In this document: positions 14,095 through 25,782 of the stretch, piece by piece
How positions within the stretch are numbered: the first letter of the stretch is position 1
How the letters are laid out: the number at the start of each line of letters is the position of its first letter
Assembly (NCBI RefSeq): GCF_004010195.1
Contig: NC_057718.1
Location: forward strand, 70,291,382-70,355,381
Length of the DNA: 64,000 bases
Direction of reading: 5' to 3'
Source: Chiloscyllium plagiosum
Lineage: Eukaryota
Position numbers and translations under genes: made by a program
Notes under the pieces: generated by a model
What the model saw: only the letters and a program-made list of their open reading frames with translations
Databases searched by the model: none
What the model was told of the DNA's origin: nothing

Positions 14095-14130
14095 GATCGA
14101 CGTTTCGGGCAAAAGCCCTTCATCAGGAAT
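14095..14130 (-). ncRNA. Minimal type I hammerhead ribozyme motif (Penelope-associated)
   Basis: Reverse complement is AUUC CUGAUGA A GGGC UUUU GCCC GAAA C GUC GAUC. Confidence 0.7.
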
Positions 14131-14234
14131 AAAGGCAGAGAGCCTGAAGGGTGAAGAGATAAGCTAGAGGAGGGTGGGGGTCGGGAGAAAGTAGCATAGA
14201 GTACAATGGGTGAGTGGGGGAGGGGATGAAGGTG

Positions 14235-15116
14235 NNNNNNNNNNNNNNNNNNNNNNNNNNNNNNNNNNNNNNNNNNNNNNNNNNNNNNNNNNNNNNNNNN
14301 NNNNNNNNNNNNNNNNNNNNNNNNNNNNNNNNNNNNNNNNNNNNNNNNNNNNNNNNNNNNNNNNNNNNNNNNNNNNNNNNNNNNNNNNNNNNNNNNNNNN
14401 NNNNNNNNNNNNNNNNNNNNNNNNNNNNNNNNNNNNNNNNNNNNNNNNNNNNNNNNNNNNNNNNNNNNNNNNNNNNNNNNNNNNNNNNNNNNNNNNNNNN
14501 NNNNNNNNNNNNNNNNNNNNNNNNNNNNNNNNNNNNNNNNNNNNNNNNNNNNNNNNNNNNNNNNNNNNNNNNNNNNNNNNNNNNNNNNNNNNNNNNNNNN
14601 NNNNNNNNNNNNNNNNNNNNNNNNNNNNNNNNNNNNNNNNNNNNNNNNNNNNNNNNNNNNNNNNNNNNNNNNNNNNNNNNNNNNNNNNNNNNNNNNNNNN
14701 NNNNNNNNNNNNNNNNNNNNNNNNNNNNNNNNNNNNNNNNNNNNNNNNNNNNNNNNNNNNNNNNNNNNNNNNNNNNNNNNNNNNNNNNNNNNNNNNNNNN
14801 NNNNNNNNNNNNNNNNNNNNNNNNNNNNNNNNNNNNNNNNNNNNNNNNNNNNNNNNNNNNNNNNNNNNNNNNNNNNNNNNNNNNNNNNNNNNNNNNNNNN
14901 NNNNNNNNNNNNNNNNNNNNNNNNNNNNNNNNNNNNNNNNNNNNNNNNNNNNNNNNNNNNNNNNNNNNNNNNNNNNNNNNNNNNNNNNNNNNNNNNNNNN
15001 NNNNNNNNNNNNNNNNNNNNNNNNNNNNNNNNNNNNNNNNNNNNNNNNNNNNNNNNNNNNNNNNNNNNNNNNNNNNNNNNNNNNNNNNNNNNNNNNNNNN
15101 NNNNNNNNNNNNNNNN
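14235..15116. other. Assembly gap (N run)
   Basis: 882 N bases. Confidence 1.
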
Positions 15117-15603
15117 ACTGCAAAACCTGCGCCCACACCTCCTCCCTCACCTCCATCCAAGGCCCTAAAGGAGCCTTCCACATCCAAAGTTTTACCTACA
15201 CATCCACTAATATCATTTATTGTATCCGTTGCTCCTGGGATGCTGCCTGAACTGCTGTGTTCTTCCAACACCACTAATCCAGAATCTGGTTTCCAGCATC
15301 TGCAGTCATTGTTTTTATCTTTTACATAGGAAAAATGGTGATTGTCTTGCTGACCAGTGGAAATTATGTTGAGAAGCATGAATTTAAGATAATCTCAAAA
15401 AATAGTTAAGTGCATGTTGGAAAAAGATGTGATTAATAGTAATTAGAGTGCATATTTCCTAGTTGCATGCTACAACTTTAGTTATATGTGTTTGTTATTT
15501 CAGCATGTGCTAAACTTATTAACAATGCTTTTTGGGTAGCTTTTTTTAAAAAGATCTATACGTATTTTTAAAAATATTTTTCACATCTTATTGAACCCTT
15601 TAG

Positions 15604-15745
15604 ACAGCCCAGCCTGACCCTATTGAAATCCAACGACAGCATGAAATTCAGAGGAGGGCAGTGGCCAGGAGGCGAGCTAAAGCACAGCAGCGAACTGGAA
15701 CCCCACACCCTGTGGAAGGAAGAATACATACAGAAGTACAGACCG
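15604..15745 (+). CDS. RSPH3: RSPH3 internal coding exon (first visible), 142 nt, phase 0->1
   Basis: ccctttAG acceptor and GTatg donor. Translates TAQPDPIEIQRQHEIQRRAVARRRAKAQQRTGTPHPVEGRIHTEVQT, matching the RSP3 TPxPVEGRxHxxVQT region. Confidence 0.92.
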
Positions 15746-16130
15746 GTATGATTAGTAGGGGTCTGTGTTCAAAATAACACAAAGTGCTCACTCTTCCAAG
15801 CCTGCTACTTTAGGAGTTTGGAAAGCATTATTAGGATGTCACATTTCCAAGTGTTTTAATGGGGTTCTGGAGCTCATAGGTTGATTTTGGAGTTTGGTTG
15901 TAATCCAGCAATACTTTGATTAAATATGCATTGATGTCACTTGCAGCCAACTGTAATGTTTCCCATATACACTGTCAGACCTCTCCGATTAATAATTATG
16001 TAACTGCTACCTCGCAAGAAAAGAAATTGGTAAGAAGAGCCTGATATAGGATGCATCTTTTATGAATGCCAAGTTTGAATTAATATTAGCACTAAAGTTC
16101 CAAGCTAATCTTAATTTCTGTATTGATCAG

Positions 16131-16276
16131 AATTGTATCTGGAAGAACTCAGTGATCGCATAGAAGAAGTTGATGTTGATACTCAAACAGATGCATTTTT
16201 GGATAAACCACAAACACCCCTCTTTATCCCTGGAAAAACGGGCAAGGATGTTGCTACGCAAATTGAAGAAGGAGAA
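16131..16276 (+). CDS. RSPH3: RSPH3 coding exon, 146 nt, phase 1->0
   Basis: gatcAG / GTatgt. Translates (E)LYLEELSDRIEEVDVDTQTDAFLDKPQTPLFIPGKTGKDVATQIEEGE, the RSP3 core. Phase matches the previous exon. Confidence 0.96.
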
Positions 16277-16424
16277 GTATGTTACACATAGCATGTAGAG
16301 GATATATTTAGAGATATTGTTATAAATAAAATTGACAAAGTAGTCTGGATCATGACCTTTTAAAAGGCATTTTCATAGTGATAAATGCTCTAGTTAATGT
16401 TTTTAGATCTAGCACTGTGTTCAC

Positions 16425-16700
16425 TCGTTCACGGAATATGGGTGTTGCTGGTTGTCCAGCATTTGTTACCCAATCCTAATTGCGGTTAAGATTCAACCCA
16501 TTGTGTGCATATGGAGTCACACACAGACCCAGATCTGGTAGGGATGGCAGGTTTTCTTCCTTAAAGTTCATTATTGTACCAGATGGATTTTTATAATTGG
16601 CAATGGTTGCAATTGTATTTGGGCTAGCTTTATATTCCAGAAGTTTTTTTTTAATTGAATTCAAATCCCACCATCTGTCATGGTGTGATTCAAGCCCCTG
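16425..16700 (-). mobile_element. SacSINE1-like (Deu-domain) SINE fragment
   Basis: ggagtcacacacagacccagatctggtagggatggcaggttttcttcc core. The tail matches the family-2 LINE 3' end at ~46740-46800. Family assignment is from memory. Confidence 0.6.
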
Positions 16701-16789
16701 ATCCCACCTCCCTATGTTGGCACAGGGCAAATTAAAATCTGATAAGATCCTCCAGGAAAAGGTAATCAAAGTACAGGCAAATTCCATAT

Positions 16790-19000
16790 AGAGTCACAGA
16801 ATTATACAACATAGAAATAGACCCTTCAGTTCAACTCATCTGCACCGACCAACTATCCGAAGCAACTGATCTAATCTCGTTTGCTAGCATTTGGCCTATA
16901 TCTCTCTCAATTCTTCCTATTCATGTATTTATCGAGATGCGGCACAGTGGTTCAGTGATTAGCACTGCTACTTCACAGTGCCAGGCACCCAGGTTCGATC
17001 CCAGCCTTGGACGACTGTGCAAACTCCACACAAACATTCAGCGTGGGTTTCTTCCTGGTGGTTGGTTTCCTCCCACAATCCAAAGATGTGTAGTTTAAGT
17101 GAATTGGCCATGCTAAATTGCCCATAGTGTTCAGGGATGTGTAGGTTAGGTGCACTAGTCAAGAGTAAATGTAGAATAATAGGGTAGGGGAATATGTCTG
17201 GGTGGGTTACTCTTCGGAGGGTTAATGTGGACTTGTTGGGCCAAATAGCCTGTTTCCACAGTGTAGGGGTTCTATTAATGCCTTTTAAATGTTGTAATTG
17301 TACCTACCTCCACCATCCTGTAGAAGCTCATTCAATGCATGCATCCTCTGCAAGAAAAAATTGCCCCTCAGGTTCCTTTTAAATCTTTGCCCTCTACCTA
17401 AAACCTATGCCCTCTTGTTTTGAACTCCCATAGTCTCAGGAAAATGATCTTGGCTATTCACCCCAACCATGCATCCTATGATTTTATAAACCTCTATAAG
17501 GCCACCCTTTGGCCTCTGATACTCCAAGGAACAAAGTCCCAGCATATTCAGCCTCTCCCTGTAGCTCATACACTACAATCTCAGCAAAATCCTTAAATCT
17601 TTTCTGACCCTTTTCAAGTTTAACAACATCTTTCCTATAGCAGGGAGATCAGAATTGAATGCAGTAGCCTAAAAGTGACCTCACAAATGTCCTGTACAGC
17701 TGCAATATGATTAGATTCTCTACAGTGTGGCCTTTTGAAGAGTAACCCATCCAGACCCATTTCCCTCCGATTAATGCACCTCATACAAGATCAATTTAGC
17801 ATGGCCAATTCACCTAACCTACTCATCTTTGGATGTCCCAACTCCTATTCTCAATGTTCTGACCAATGAAGGCAAGTGTGCGAAACGTCTTCTTCAAAAT
17901 CCTGTTTACCTGAAACTCTGCTTTCAAGGAAATATGGACCTGCATTCCTAAGTCTCTGTTTGGTCACACTCTCCAGGATCTTACCATTAACTGTGTAAGT
18001 GTTGCCCTGGTTTCCCTTACCAAAATGCAACACCTCACATTTATATAAATTAAACCCCATCTGCGACTTCACGGTCCATTGGCTCCTCTGATCAAGATTA
18101 GATTAGATTACTTTAGAGTGTGGAAACAGGCCATTTGGCCCAACAAGTCCACACCGACCCGCCGAAGCGCACCCACCCAGACCCATTCCCCTACATTTAC
18201 CCCTGCACCTAACACTACAGGCAATTTAGCGTGGCCAATTCACCTAATCTGCACATTTTTGGAGTGTGGGAGGAAACCGGAGCACCCGGAGGAAACCCAC
18301 GCAGACACGGGGGAGAATGTGCAAACTCCACTCAGTCAGTCGCCTGAGGCGGGAATTGAACCCGGGTCTCTGGCGCTGTGAGGCAGCAGTGCTAACCACT
18401 GTGCCACCGTGCCGCCCACAAGATCCCATTGTAATCTTAGACAACTTTCTTCAATATCTCTGTTATTACCAATTTTGCTGTGATCTACAAACTTGCTAAC
18501 CACACCTCCTTTATAAATGATGAAAAGCAGTGGACCCAGCACCAATCCTTGTAACACACGCTAGTCACAGGCCTCCAGTCTGAAAAACAACCCTCTACCA
18601 CCACCCTCTATCTCTTACTGTCAAACCAATTTTGTATTCAGTTGGCTAGCTCCCCGAGATTCCATGTGATCTAACTTTGGTAATCAGCCTATCGTGGGGA
18701 GCTTTGATGAAGATCTTGCTGAATTGCATTTAGACAATATCTACCACTCTGCCTTTATCAATCTTCTTAAAAAAAACTCAATCAAGTTAGTGAGACATGA
18801 TTTTCCATGCATAAAGCCATGTTGATTATCCCTCATTAGTCCTTGCCTTTCTAAGTGCAAGTAAATCCTGTTTCTCAGAATCCCCTGCAACAACTTACTC
18901 GCTATTAATGTCAGGCTCACCAGACTATAATTTCCTGCCTTTTCTTTACCATCTTTCGGAAATAATGGTACCACATTAGCCAACCTCTAATCTTCCAGCA
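16790..19000 (-). mobile_element. CR1 LINE 3' half with three nested HE1 SINEs (+16939-17277, - ~17710-17835, -18096-18417)
   Basis: Minus-strand ANVVPLF, GKSCLTNLIEFF, LGPLLFIIY and KCEVLHFG. Confidence 0.88.
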
Positions 19001-21310
19001 CATTGAAGGTGTGATACTCAATTCCAAAACAAGAATCTTAAATATAGCCAATGACTGGTGTGAGGGGAAAAGTTGGCTAAATTTTGTCTAAAGATGAAAA
19101 ATGATAGCAGTAAATAAAAAGTGGGAACAGCGAATGAAGAATTTCAAGATGTTCAACAGAATATGTTCCTATTTCTAAGAAGAAAACACCTCCAATGAGA
19201 GATCATCTGTGGCTTGAGTAAAGTTGTGCCTAGACTAAGGAAAGAGGCATGTAATGTTATGTAATATAATAGTAGAGCTAAAGTTTGAGATAGTTTTAGA
19301 AACTTGCAAAGGAATGTAAGTAATTAAAATATCAACTGGGCAAAATTATGACATATTATGACAAAATTATGACAAAATTATGACAAATTCACTGTAATGT
19401 GATTGATGAATTGGAGACACTGTTTCTAAAGTGCGAACATTTAAAACGTGTTGGCTGTAATGTGATTACATTGCCAACACTTTAGATACTGTTTCTAAGC
19501 ATAACTTTTTTATATTACAAGGTTGCTCAAAAACGCAACCATTGTGTTATAGAAGAACTGATGACTATACTCTAGAGACTAAAAGCTGACAAATCCCTTT
19601 GACCAGATGACCTAAGATTTATGAAAGAGATAGCTAAGATGTACTATAACAATTTTCCAAAATTCCCTAGATTTGAGAATAATCCCTGCAATATGATTTT
19701 AGCAACATTAGCATTGCCTTTCAAGAAAGGAGGGAGAAAAGAAAACTGGGAACAACAGGCCAGTTAGTCTAACATCACATCAGTAACTGGAAAAATGGTG
19801 GATTTTTTTTATTAAACAAGTCTTAGCAATGCTATGATTGTACTATGATTGTCAGATAAAATGAAATTGGCTTAATGAAAGAGAAGCCATGTTTGACAAA
19901 TATCAGTTTCTGAGCACATAATTTGTATACGGATATTAATGCAGATAATAACACACCACACACAACTTTAAAATGCAAGATACAGTCATGTGGTGTTAGG
20001 AAGAGGAATATATTGAATGGATGGTTCCAGACTGAGAAAGCAAAGAGTACATGTGAACAGGACATGTTTCAAGTTTGCAGATTGTGTCTAGGAGAATGCC
20101 TCCAAAAATTAGTGCTGGAGTTTCATTCATTTACAATTCTATGTCAGTGATATTGAAGAGAGAGCAAACGAGCATAATTTATCTACATTTGCTAACAATC
20201 CAAAGCTTGTGTGAATGTTAGCTGTAAGAAAGACAGGGGCTGCAAAGATGTGGTTAGGTTAAGTGAATATGGTGGAAGGCTTACCCTTGAAATGTTGACT
20301 CACTCCCACTCTTCAAATGCTGGCTGACCTGCTGTGCTTTTCCAGTGCCACTTTTCTCTACACTAAGTGAATATGCAACAAAGTGGCAAATGGAGTATTA
20401 TGTGGGAAAGTGTGAAGTTGTTAACTTTGAATCTAAAAATGTACAACAAAATAACAGAAAACAGAAAATAACAGATTTGTTTAAGCCAGAATTAGATCAA
20501 ATATGCTACATCAAGAGGGGCATTGAAGAAATGAGACTTTCATTTTTTGGCAATAGAATGGCAATAGAAAAAGGGAATTCAATGTGAATAAATGTGAGAT
20601 GATGCATTTGGGCAGGACAAACAAGGCAAGGGAATACATGATGAACGTTAGGACCCTGGGAATCACTGAGCATCGAGAGGATAGTTGCTATGCATGTATA
20701 CTGGTCCCCTGTGATATCAGGACAAGTGTATATAGTGTTTAAGAAAGCATGTGGTGTACTTAACAGTATTCCTTGGCTAATAAATATATGAGCAAGGAGT
20801 TTATGCTGGAACTGTAAATTATTGGTTTGATAATGGCAGAGCATTGTGTGCAATTCTGGGATCCACATTATAGAAGGTATATGATAACACTGGAGAGGGT
20901 GCACCTGAACTGGAGAGTTTCCGTCCTGAAGAGATTGGACAGACTGGTGTTTGTTTCCTTACAGCAGAGGAGATTGAGAGGTGACCCGATTGACGTGCAT
21001 AAAATTGAGGGGCAAACTTAGTAGATACTAAGAAACCTTCCCCTTAATGGAGACATCAATGACCAATGGTCATAGATTTAAGACAAGGGGCAGAAAGTTT
21101 AGAGGAGTTATGAGGCAATGCTTTTTCACCCAGATGGTGTTGGAAATCTGGAACCCACATAAGGGTGGTGGATTCAGAAACCCTCATAACATTTAAGTAT
21201 TTTAGATGTGCACTTGCAATGCCAAGGGCTAGAAAATAGGATTAGAATAGTTAGGTGGTTGTGTCCGTGCCAATCAAAACCAATGGGCTGAAAGGCCTTT
21301 TTCTGTGCTG
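19000..21310 (+). mobile_element. Old, highly decayed CR1 fragments with a Penelope-end insertion (20272-20363, 12-bp TSD TAAGTGAATATG)
   Basis: KWQMEYYVGKCEV, HCVQFWDPHYRR and RRLRGD. Confidence 0.7.
19390..19560. mobile_element. Possible Tc1/mariner-pogo-type MITE end; 11-bp tandem repeat (aaaattatgac x~4) just upstream
   Basis: Ends in ttatagaagaactg, i.e. CAGTTCTTCTATAA on the other strand, which is TIR-like. The matching left TIR was not found. Confidence 0.35.
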
Positions 21311-21413
21311 TAGGTCTGTCTGTGACGCTTCTAACTGTTTAGTAAGTAGGTTGGGTGGATTTGATATTGAGGTTTCATGTTACCACAATGATTCAATTTC
21401 CTTTGCCTACCAG

Positions 21414-21617
21414 CTCTTTGACTTTGACATTGAAGTGAAACCACTGTTGGAGGTACTGGTGGGAAAAACTATTGAACAAGCTCTACTAGAGGTTATGGAG
21501 GAAGAGGAACTGGCTCACCTGCGCGCTTTGCAACGTGACTTTGAGGAACTTCGCAATGCTGAGCTCGCAGAAGTACAACGTATGGAAGAGAAGGAGAGAC
21601 GACACAGAGAGGAAAAG
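21414..21617 (+). CDS. RSPH3: RSPH3 coding exon, 204 nt, phase 0->0
   Basis: cctaccAG / GTatag. Translates LFDFDIEVKPLLEVLVGKTIEQALLEVMEEEELAHLRALQRDFEELRNAELAEVQRMEEKERRHREEK (amphipathic helix plus coiled coil). Confidence 0.97.
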
Positions 21618-22753
21618 GTATAGGTCATTCCAATATAAGATTTATTTTGTGAAATACTTTTTGTTTTCACTCTACAAGATGGTGTAAAAATTTCTTTCCA
21701 GTCAATATTATATTAGCTATTTTGACAATTCTTAGCGCCCTTCCAGAATCTAATTTTTAAGGTGCTCTCAAAAGAGGACTGGAAAATTCCTGAAGCACAG
21801 CTTGAGTGGATCACACTGTTTGTAAGGAGCAAACAGCTGCCACTGAGTGCTGGTCGTGAAGGGAATGAATGTTCAAACTGTTGAATAGGATGCTAGTGTT
21901 GCGCCTGCCGCAGTTTAACTCCCATCTAGCCAAGAAACTGAAAGTCGACACTTAATAGTAATAAATGATAATATTTATATATTTAACACAATATTATAAT
22001 AACAAAATACACTACAAGCTAACAATTTATACTATAAATCTAAAAAACTATCTTGTACTTTAACTTAATGCTGGTTGATCATATACAACCACACTAGATC
22101 TTGGCCTAGGCAATGATCTTCTCCTGGTGGTCCTGGGTTGTCTTCCCTTTAAACTGGTTGGTCTAGAATTAGCGCCCCTGAAAGGTGGTGTTGCAGCGAT
22201 TCTTATACTATGAAGCGTTCGTGCCTTTTGGGAAGATCTTCACTGTCCACCAATAGATCGATCAGGTCTCGATCACCCTGATCAATTGGAACCAACCAGG
22301 TGTTGACATATCAATGGCAGGATGGTCCTTGGGCATCTATTCTTGAAGATGTTGAGGGCACGTAGGTCAGATAGCCTTTCCCAGATCAAGGTCTGGTAAA
22401 AATCTCAATGTTTCTGATTGTCCTGGGGATGGCATTCCAGTCAACTCCATTCAATTCAAATTGAAGTGCATATTCTATTTTCTTCAGTTGCTGAGTCAAT
22501 GGTATACTGTCTGTCTGTAGTTGCAAGCTGTCTGGATTCATCAGTTTGTTTGTTAATTTCAGTGTCTTTGAGCACATTCACTTTTGGCTAAGACTTGCCT
22601 CAATTTCCCAGCATGCCTCAGTTATTGTCCCTTTTTTCCCTATGTCCACCATTCGGAGCAGCCTTTCCAGCCACAGTCCCTTCTCTTGATCCTAAGCGTG
22701 ACATGTGATGGATCACATGATGACTGGCAAACTTCCGTGTACCATAACTGTTA

Positions 22754-23078
22754 GGGCAGCACAGTGGCTTAGTGGTTAGCACTGCTGCTTCACAGTGCCA
22801 GGGACCCCGGGTTCGATTTCAGCCTCAGGCCACTGTCTGTGTGGAGTGTGCACATTCCCCCTGTGTCTCCCTGGGTTTCCTCCAGTTGCTCTGGTTTCCT
22901 CTCACAATCCAAAGATGTGTGCAGGTCAGGTGAATTGGCCACGCTAAATTGCCCATGGTGTTAAGTCGATTAGTAAGGGTTAAATGTAGGGGAATGGGTC
23001 TGGATACGTTACTCTTCAGAAGGTCATTGTGGACTTGGTGGGCCATATGGCCTGTTTCCACACTGTAGGTAATCTAAT
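22754..23078 (+). mobile_element. HE1-type SINE
   Basis: Full head, V-domain and aatctaat tail. Confidence 0.9.
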
Positions 23079-24824
23079 GGTGACTGTATGATCATCCACT
23101 TAAACAACTAAACTCTTACAGGTAGCATATTGGAAAATCGCATCTAACTAGGAACAATCAAACATGATCAAACTATATCCAAATAGAATATCCAAATTCG
23201 GACTTAATGGCTAATCAAGCAAGCATGGTAGATTAGAACTATAGACATTGGAGAAACCAAAAAAAAAAGAAAATCAAACAAACATTATAAAACCGGAGCA
23301 AACAGAGATCAAGCAAGGGTCACTGTGTACAAATGAACTAATAATCCAGAGAACATTTTATACAAACAATAGGATAAACGAATATTTGAGACTAAACAAA
23401 TATATATTATGTCACTATAGTTTTTAATAAGCTTGTGGAGACCATGAGTTGAGTGAGTCTCTATGTTCAGTCTCTGTGATAATTGTCTTCTCCACCAGGC
23501 AAATCTGACATTGAGGATGGTGAGGTGTACCAGGGTGACCAGGATTAACAACACAGACAGATGTGACACAAGGCGGACCCAGGGATGGATTTATACATTG
23601 GAGCCCCAGTTCCAGAAATCCTCCCAACACCTTTTATGAATCTCCCGGGGCATCGCTGTCAGAGTTCCAATCCATTTTTTGGGCCATTTGCTAAGCATCC
23701 TATCTCGGGGCACCTATTGTTTGAGAATCCTCACCCATGATTTCTATGCTCAGGTAGCAATCATCTGAGCTCTCATTTGTTTTCTTATATACTGCCGGCT
23801 GGTTGTTACACCCAAATTATACTTTTATTGGGGTGTACCCATAACACACCATCCTCACATTCGCCTGCGTCCAGTGAGCCAAACCATAATCTGTTCAGTG
23901 TGTTTCTTGTGTGTTGTTTTTCGGGATAATGATCCCGATGAAGTAGATCTTGATTATGTTCCATGTGGTCATAGTTGTCCTGGGCTTGTTATCCTTATCT
24001 AATATCTAAATAGTTTAGAACAGGTGTAGTGCATTCACCCTAAACTTCCTCCACTTTTTTGTTAAGGAATGGGAACCCCATATGGAATGTTAATTTGAGT
24101 TTCGGTGACTGGTAAATTCCAACCTCGGTTTCCAGTGATGGGAATTTGTAGGTTTAAATGGCCTGAATATGGACTGGGTGTAAAAAAAACAATTGAAATG
24201 AGGCAATCATTATGGCCAACAAACTAAATGTGAAGAAGTGGTCATTGTGACCCATGAATGAAATATGAAGATAAGACTACCCTAGACCGTTGACGATGGG
24301 GCAGATTCTGATATGGAGATTATATCCAATGAACGACCAAATATAACCTGGTTAATCCCATCATTGCACACAGGAATTTGAGTTGGTCCTACTGGGACTA
24401 TAGAGAGGTGTGAAAGTACATATCAGTTCAGACCATCAAACAGTGACTTTGTGCCTTGGGTGGCTGCCAGAAGCTGTTACATCATCTGGATGAATGGTTT
24501 AATGCATTCATTCAACAGGCTCATCAGTTTGTCACCTTCTGCCTGGGGGCTTGGACGTAATGTATCCTCTCCATTGCCATGCCCATGGTCTATCACTCCC
24601 TCTAGTGGTGGTGCCCTAAATGTTGGACATTTCATTCTGACGACCTGGTTCAGTTTGTTTTTCCCTGGTTTGTACTAATCTTTTAGTATTGTTGTATAAC
24701 CATGTTGTGGATATGCCATCTGGGGTCTGAGTTATCAGGGAGTAATTGGAGAGTTCTGTTGGGAGTATGTAACACATCCATGCTGTCAGTCACTACCAAT
24801 TTGTTCCAATCTGTTAGAGTCCTC

Positions 24825-25128
24825 AGCAGTTAGCAATGCTGCCTCACAGCACCAGGGTCCCAGGTTCAATTCCAACCTTGGCTGACTGTCTGTCTGTGTG
24901 GAGTTTGCTCATTCTCCCCGTGTCTCCGTGGGTTTCCTCCGGATCTCCGGTTTCCTTCCATAGTCCAAAGATGTGCAGGTTAGATGAATTGGCCATGCTA
25001 AATTGTACATAGTGTTAGGTGCATTAATCAGAGAGAAATGGGTCTGGGTGGGTTACTCTTCGGAGGGTCAGCGTGGACTTGTTGGGCCTAAGGGCCTGTT
25101 TCCATGCTTTAGGGAATCTAATCTAATC
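24825..25128 (+). mobile_element. HE1-type SINE
   Basis: Slightly 5'-truncated; aatctaatctaatc tail. Confidence 0.9.
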
Positions 25129-25454
25129 CATTAAGTCACTGAGATCATTTGGGAGTCCCTTAGGCATTGAAGCTGCAGTCAGTGATAGGGATGGGAGAGT
25201 ATAAATTTTGTCAGGAGTGCAATCTGACAGACGATATGTCAGGGGTTTCCTTGGTCTGGGCTAATCTTGGTCTTGTCACTTGCTGTTGTCACAGTGTCAT
25301 CCACCATACACATCTAAAGGTGGTGAGAGCAGCTGTGTTAAGTGCCATAGGCTTTTAATTTGTTTACATGGTACTAGCTGGTCTTTCCTGTGACTAGTAG
25401 AACCATGTAAACTGAAGGGCTTGTCTTATCCACCACAATTTGGGGACTTGAGTA

Positions 25455-25782
25455 TTTAGATTAGATTCCCTTCAGTGTGGTAACAGGCCCTTTGGCCCAA
25501 CAAGTCCACACTGCCCCTCTGAACAGTAACCCACACAGACCCATTCCTTACCCTCTATTTATACCCCGACTAATGCACCTAACACTATGGGCAATTTAGC
25601 ATGACCAATTCACCTGGCCTGCACATCTTTTGGATTGTGGAAGGAAACCGGAGCACCGAAACGCATGCAGACTTGGGGAGAATGTGCAAACTCCACACAG
25701 ACAGTCACCCCAGGTGGGAATTGAACCCGGGTCCCTGGTGCTGTGAGGTAGCAGTGCTAACCACTGAACCACCGTGCTGCCC
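25455..25782 (-). mobile_element. HE1-type SINE followed by ~45 bp of CR1 sequence
   Basis: Same SINE/CR1 junction as at ~1190. Confidence 0.88.

Larger units (their letters stand above)
14037..15325. mobile_element. Penelope-like element with inverted termini spanning an assembly gap; 14-bp TSD
   Basis: ATAGGAAAAATGGT at 14023-14036 and 15326-15339. The left arm is the reverse complement of the Penelope 3' end. The right part reads CKTC..FT.TSTNIIYCIRCS (GIY-YIG N-terminal part) fused to the + strand 3' end. Confidence 0.82.
21897..25457 (-). mobile_element. LTR retroelement remnant: integrase C-terminus, post-pol region, PPT and putative 3' LTR (21897-22675)
   Basis: Minus-strand 25457-25338 reads KYSSPQIVVDKTSPSVYMVLLVTGKTS*YHVNKLKAYGT*. 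PPT-like AAGAGAAGGGAC directly precedes TGTGG, and the LTR ends CAACA. Confidence 0.6.

Noticed and set aside
14123..15379. Four long ORFs (339-418 aa) in the ORF track
   Set aside because: Artefacts of translating through the N gap; the same applies to 42094..42537 and 42338..42898.
21255..21413. N-terminal extension of ORF 21255..21623, and C-terminal read-through of 27463..27687
   Set aside because: Intronic read-through beyond canonical splice sites; the spliced phases match without them.
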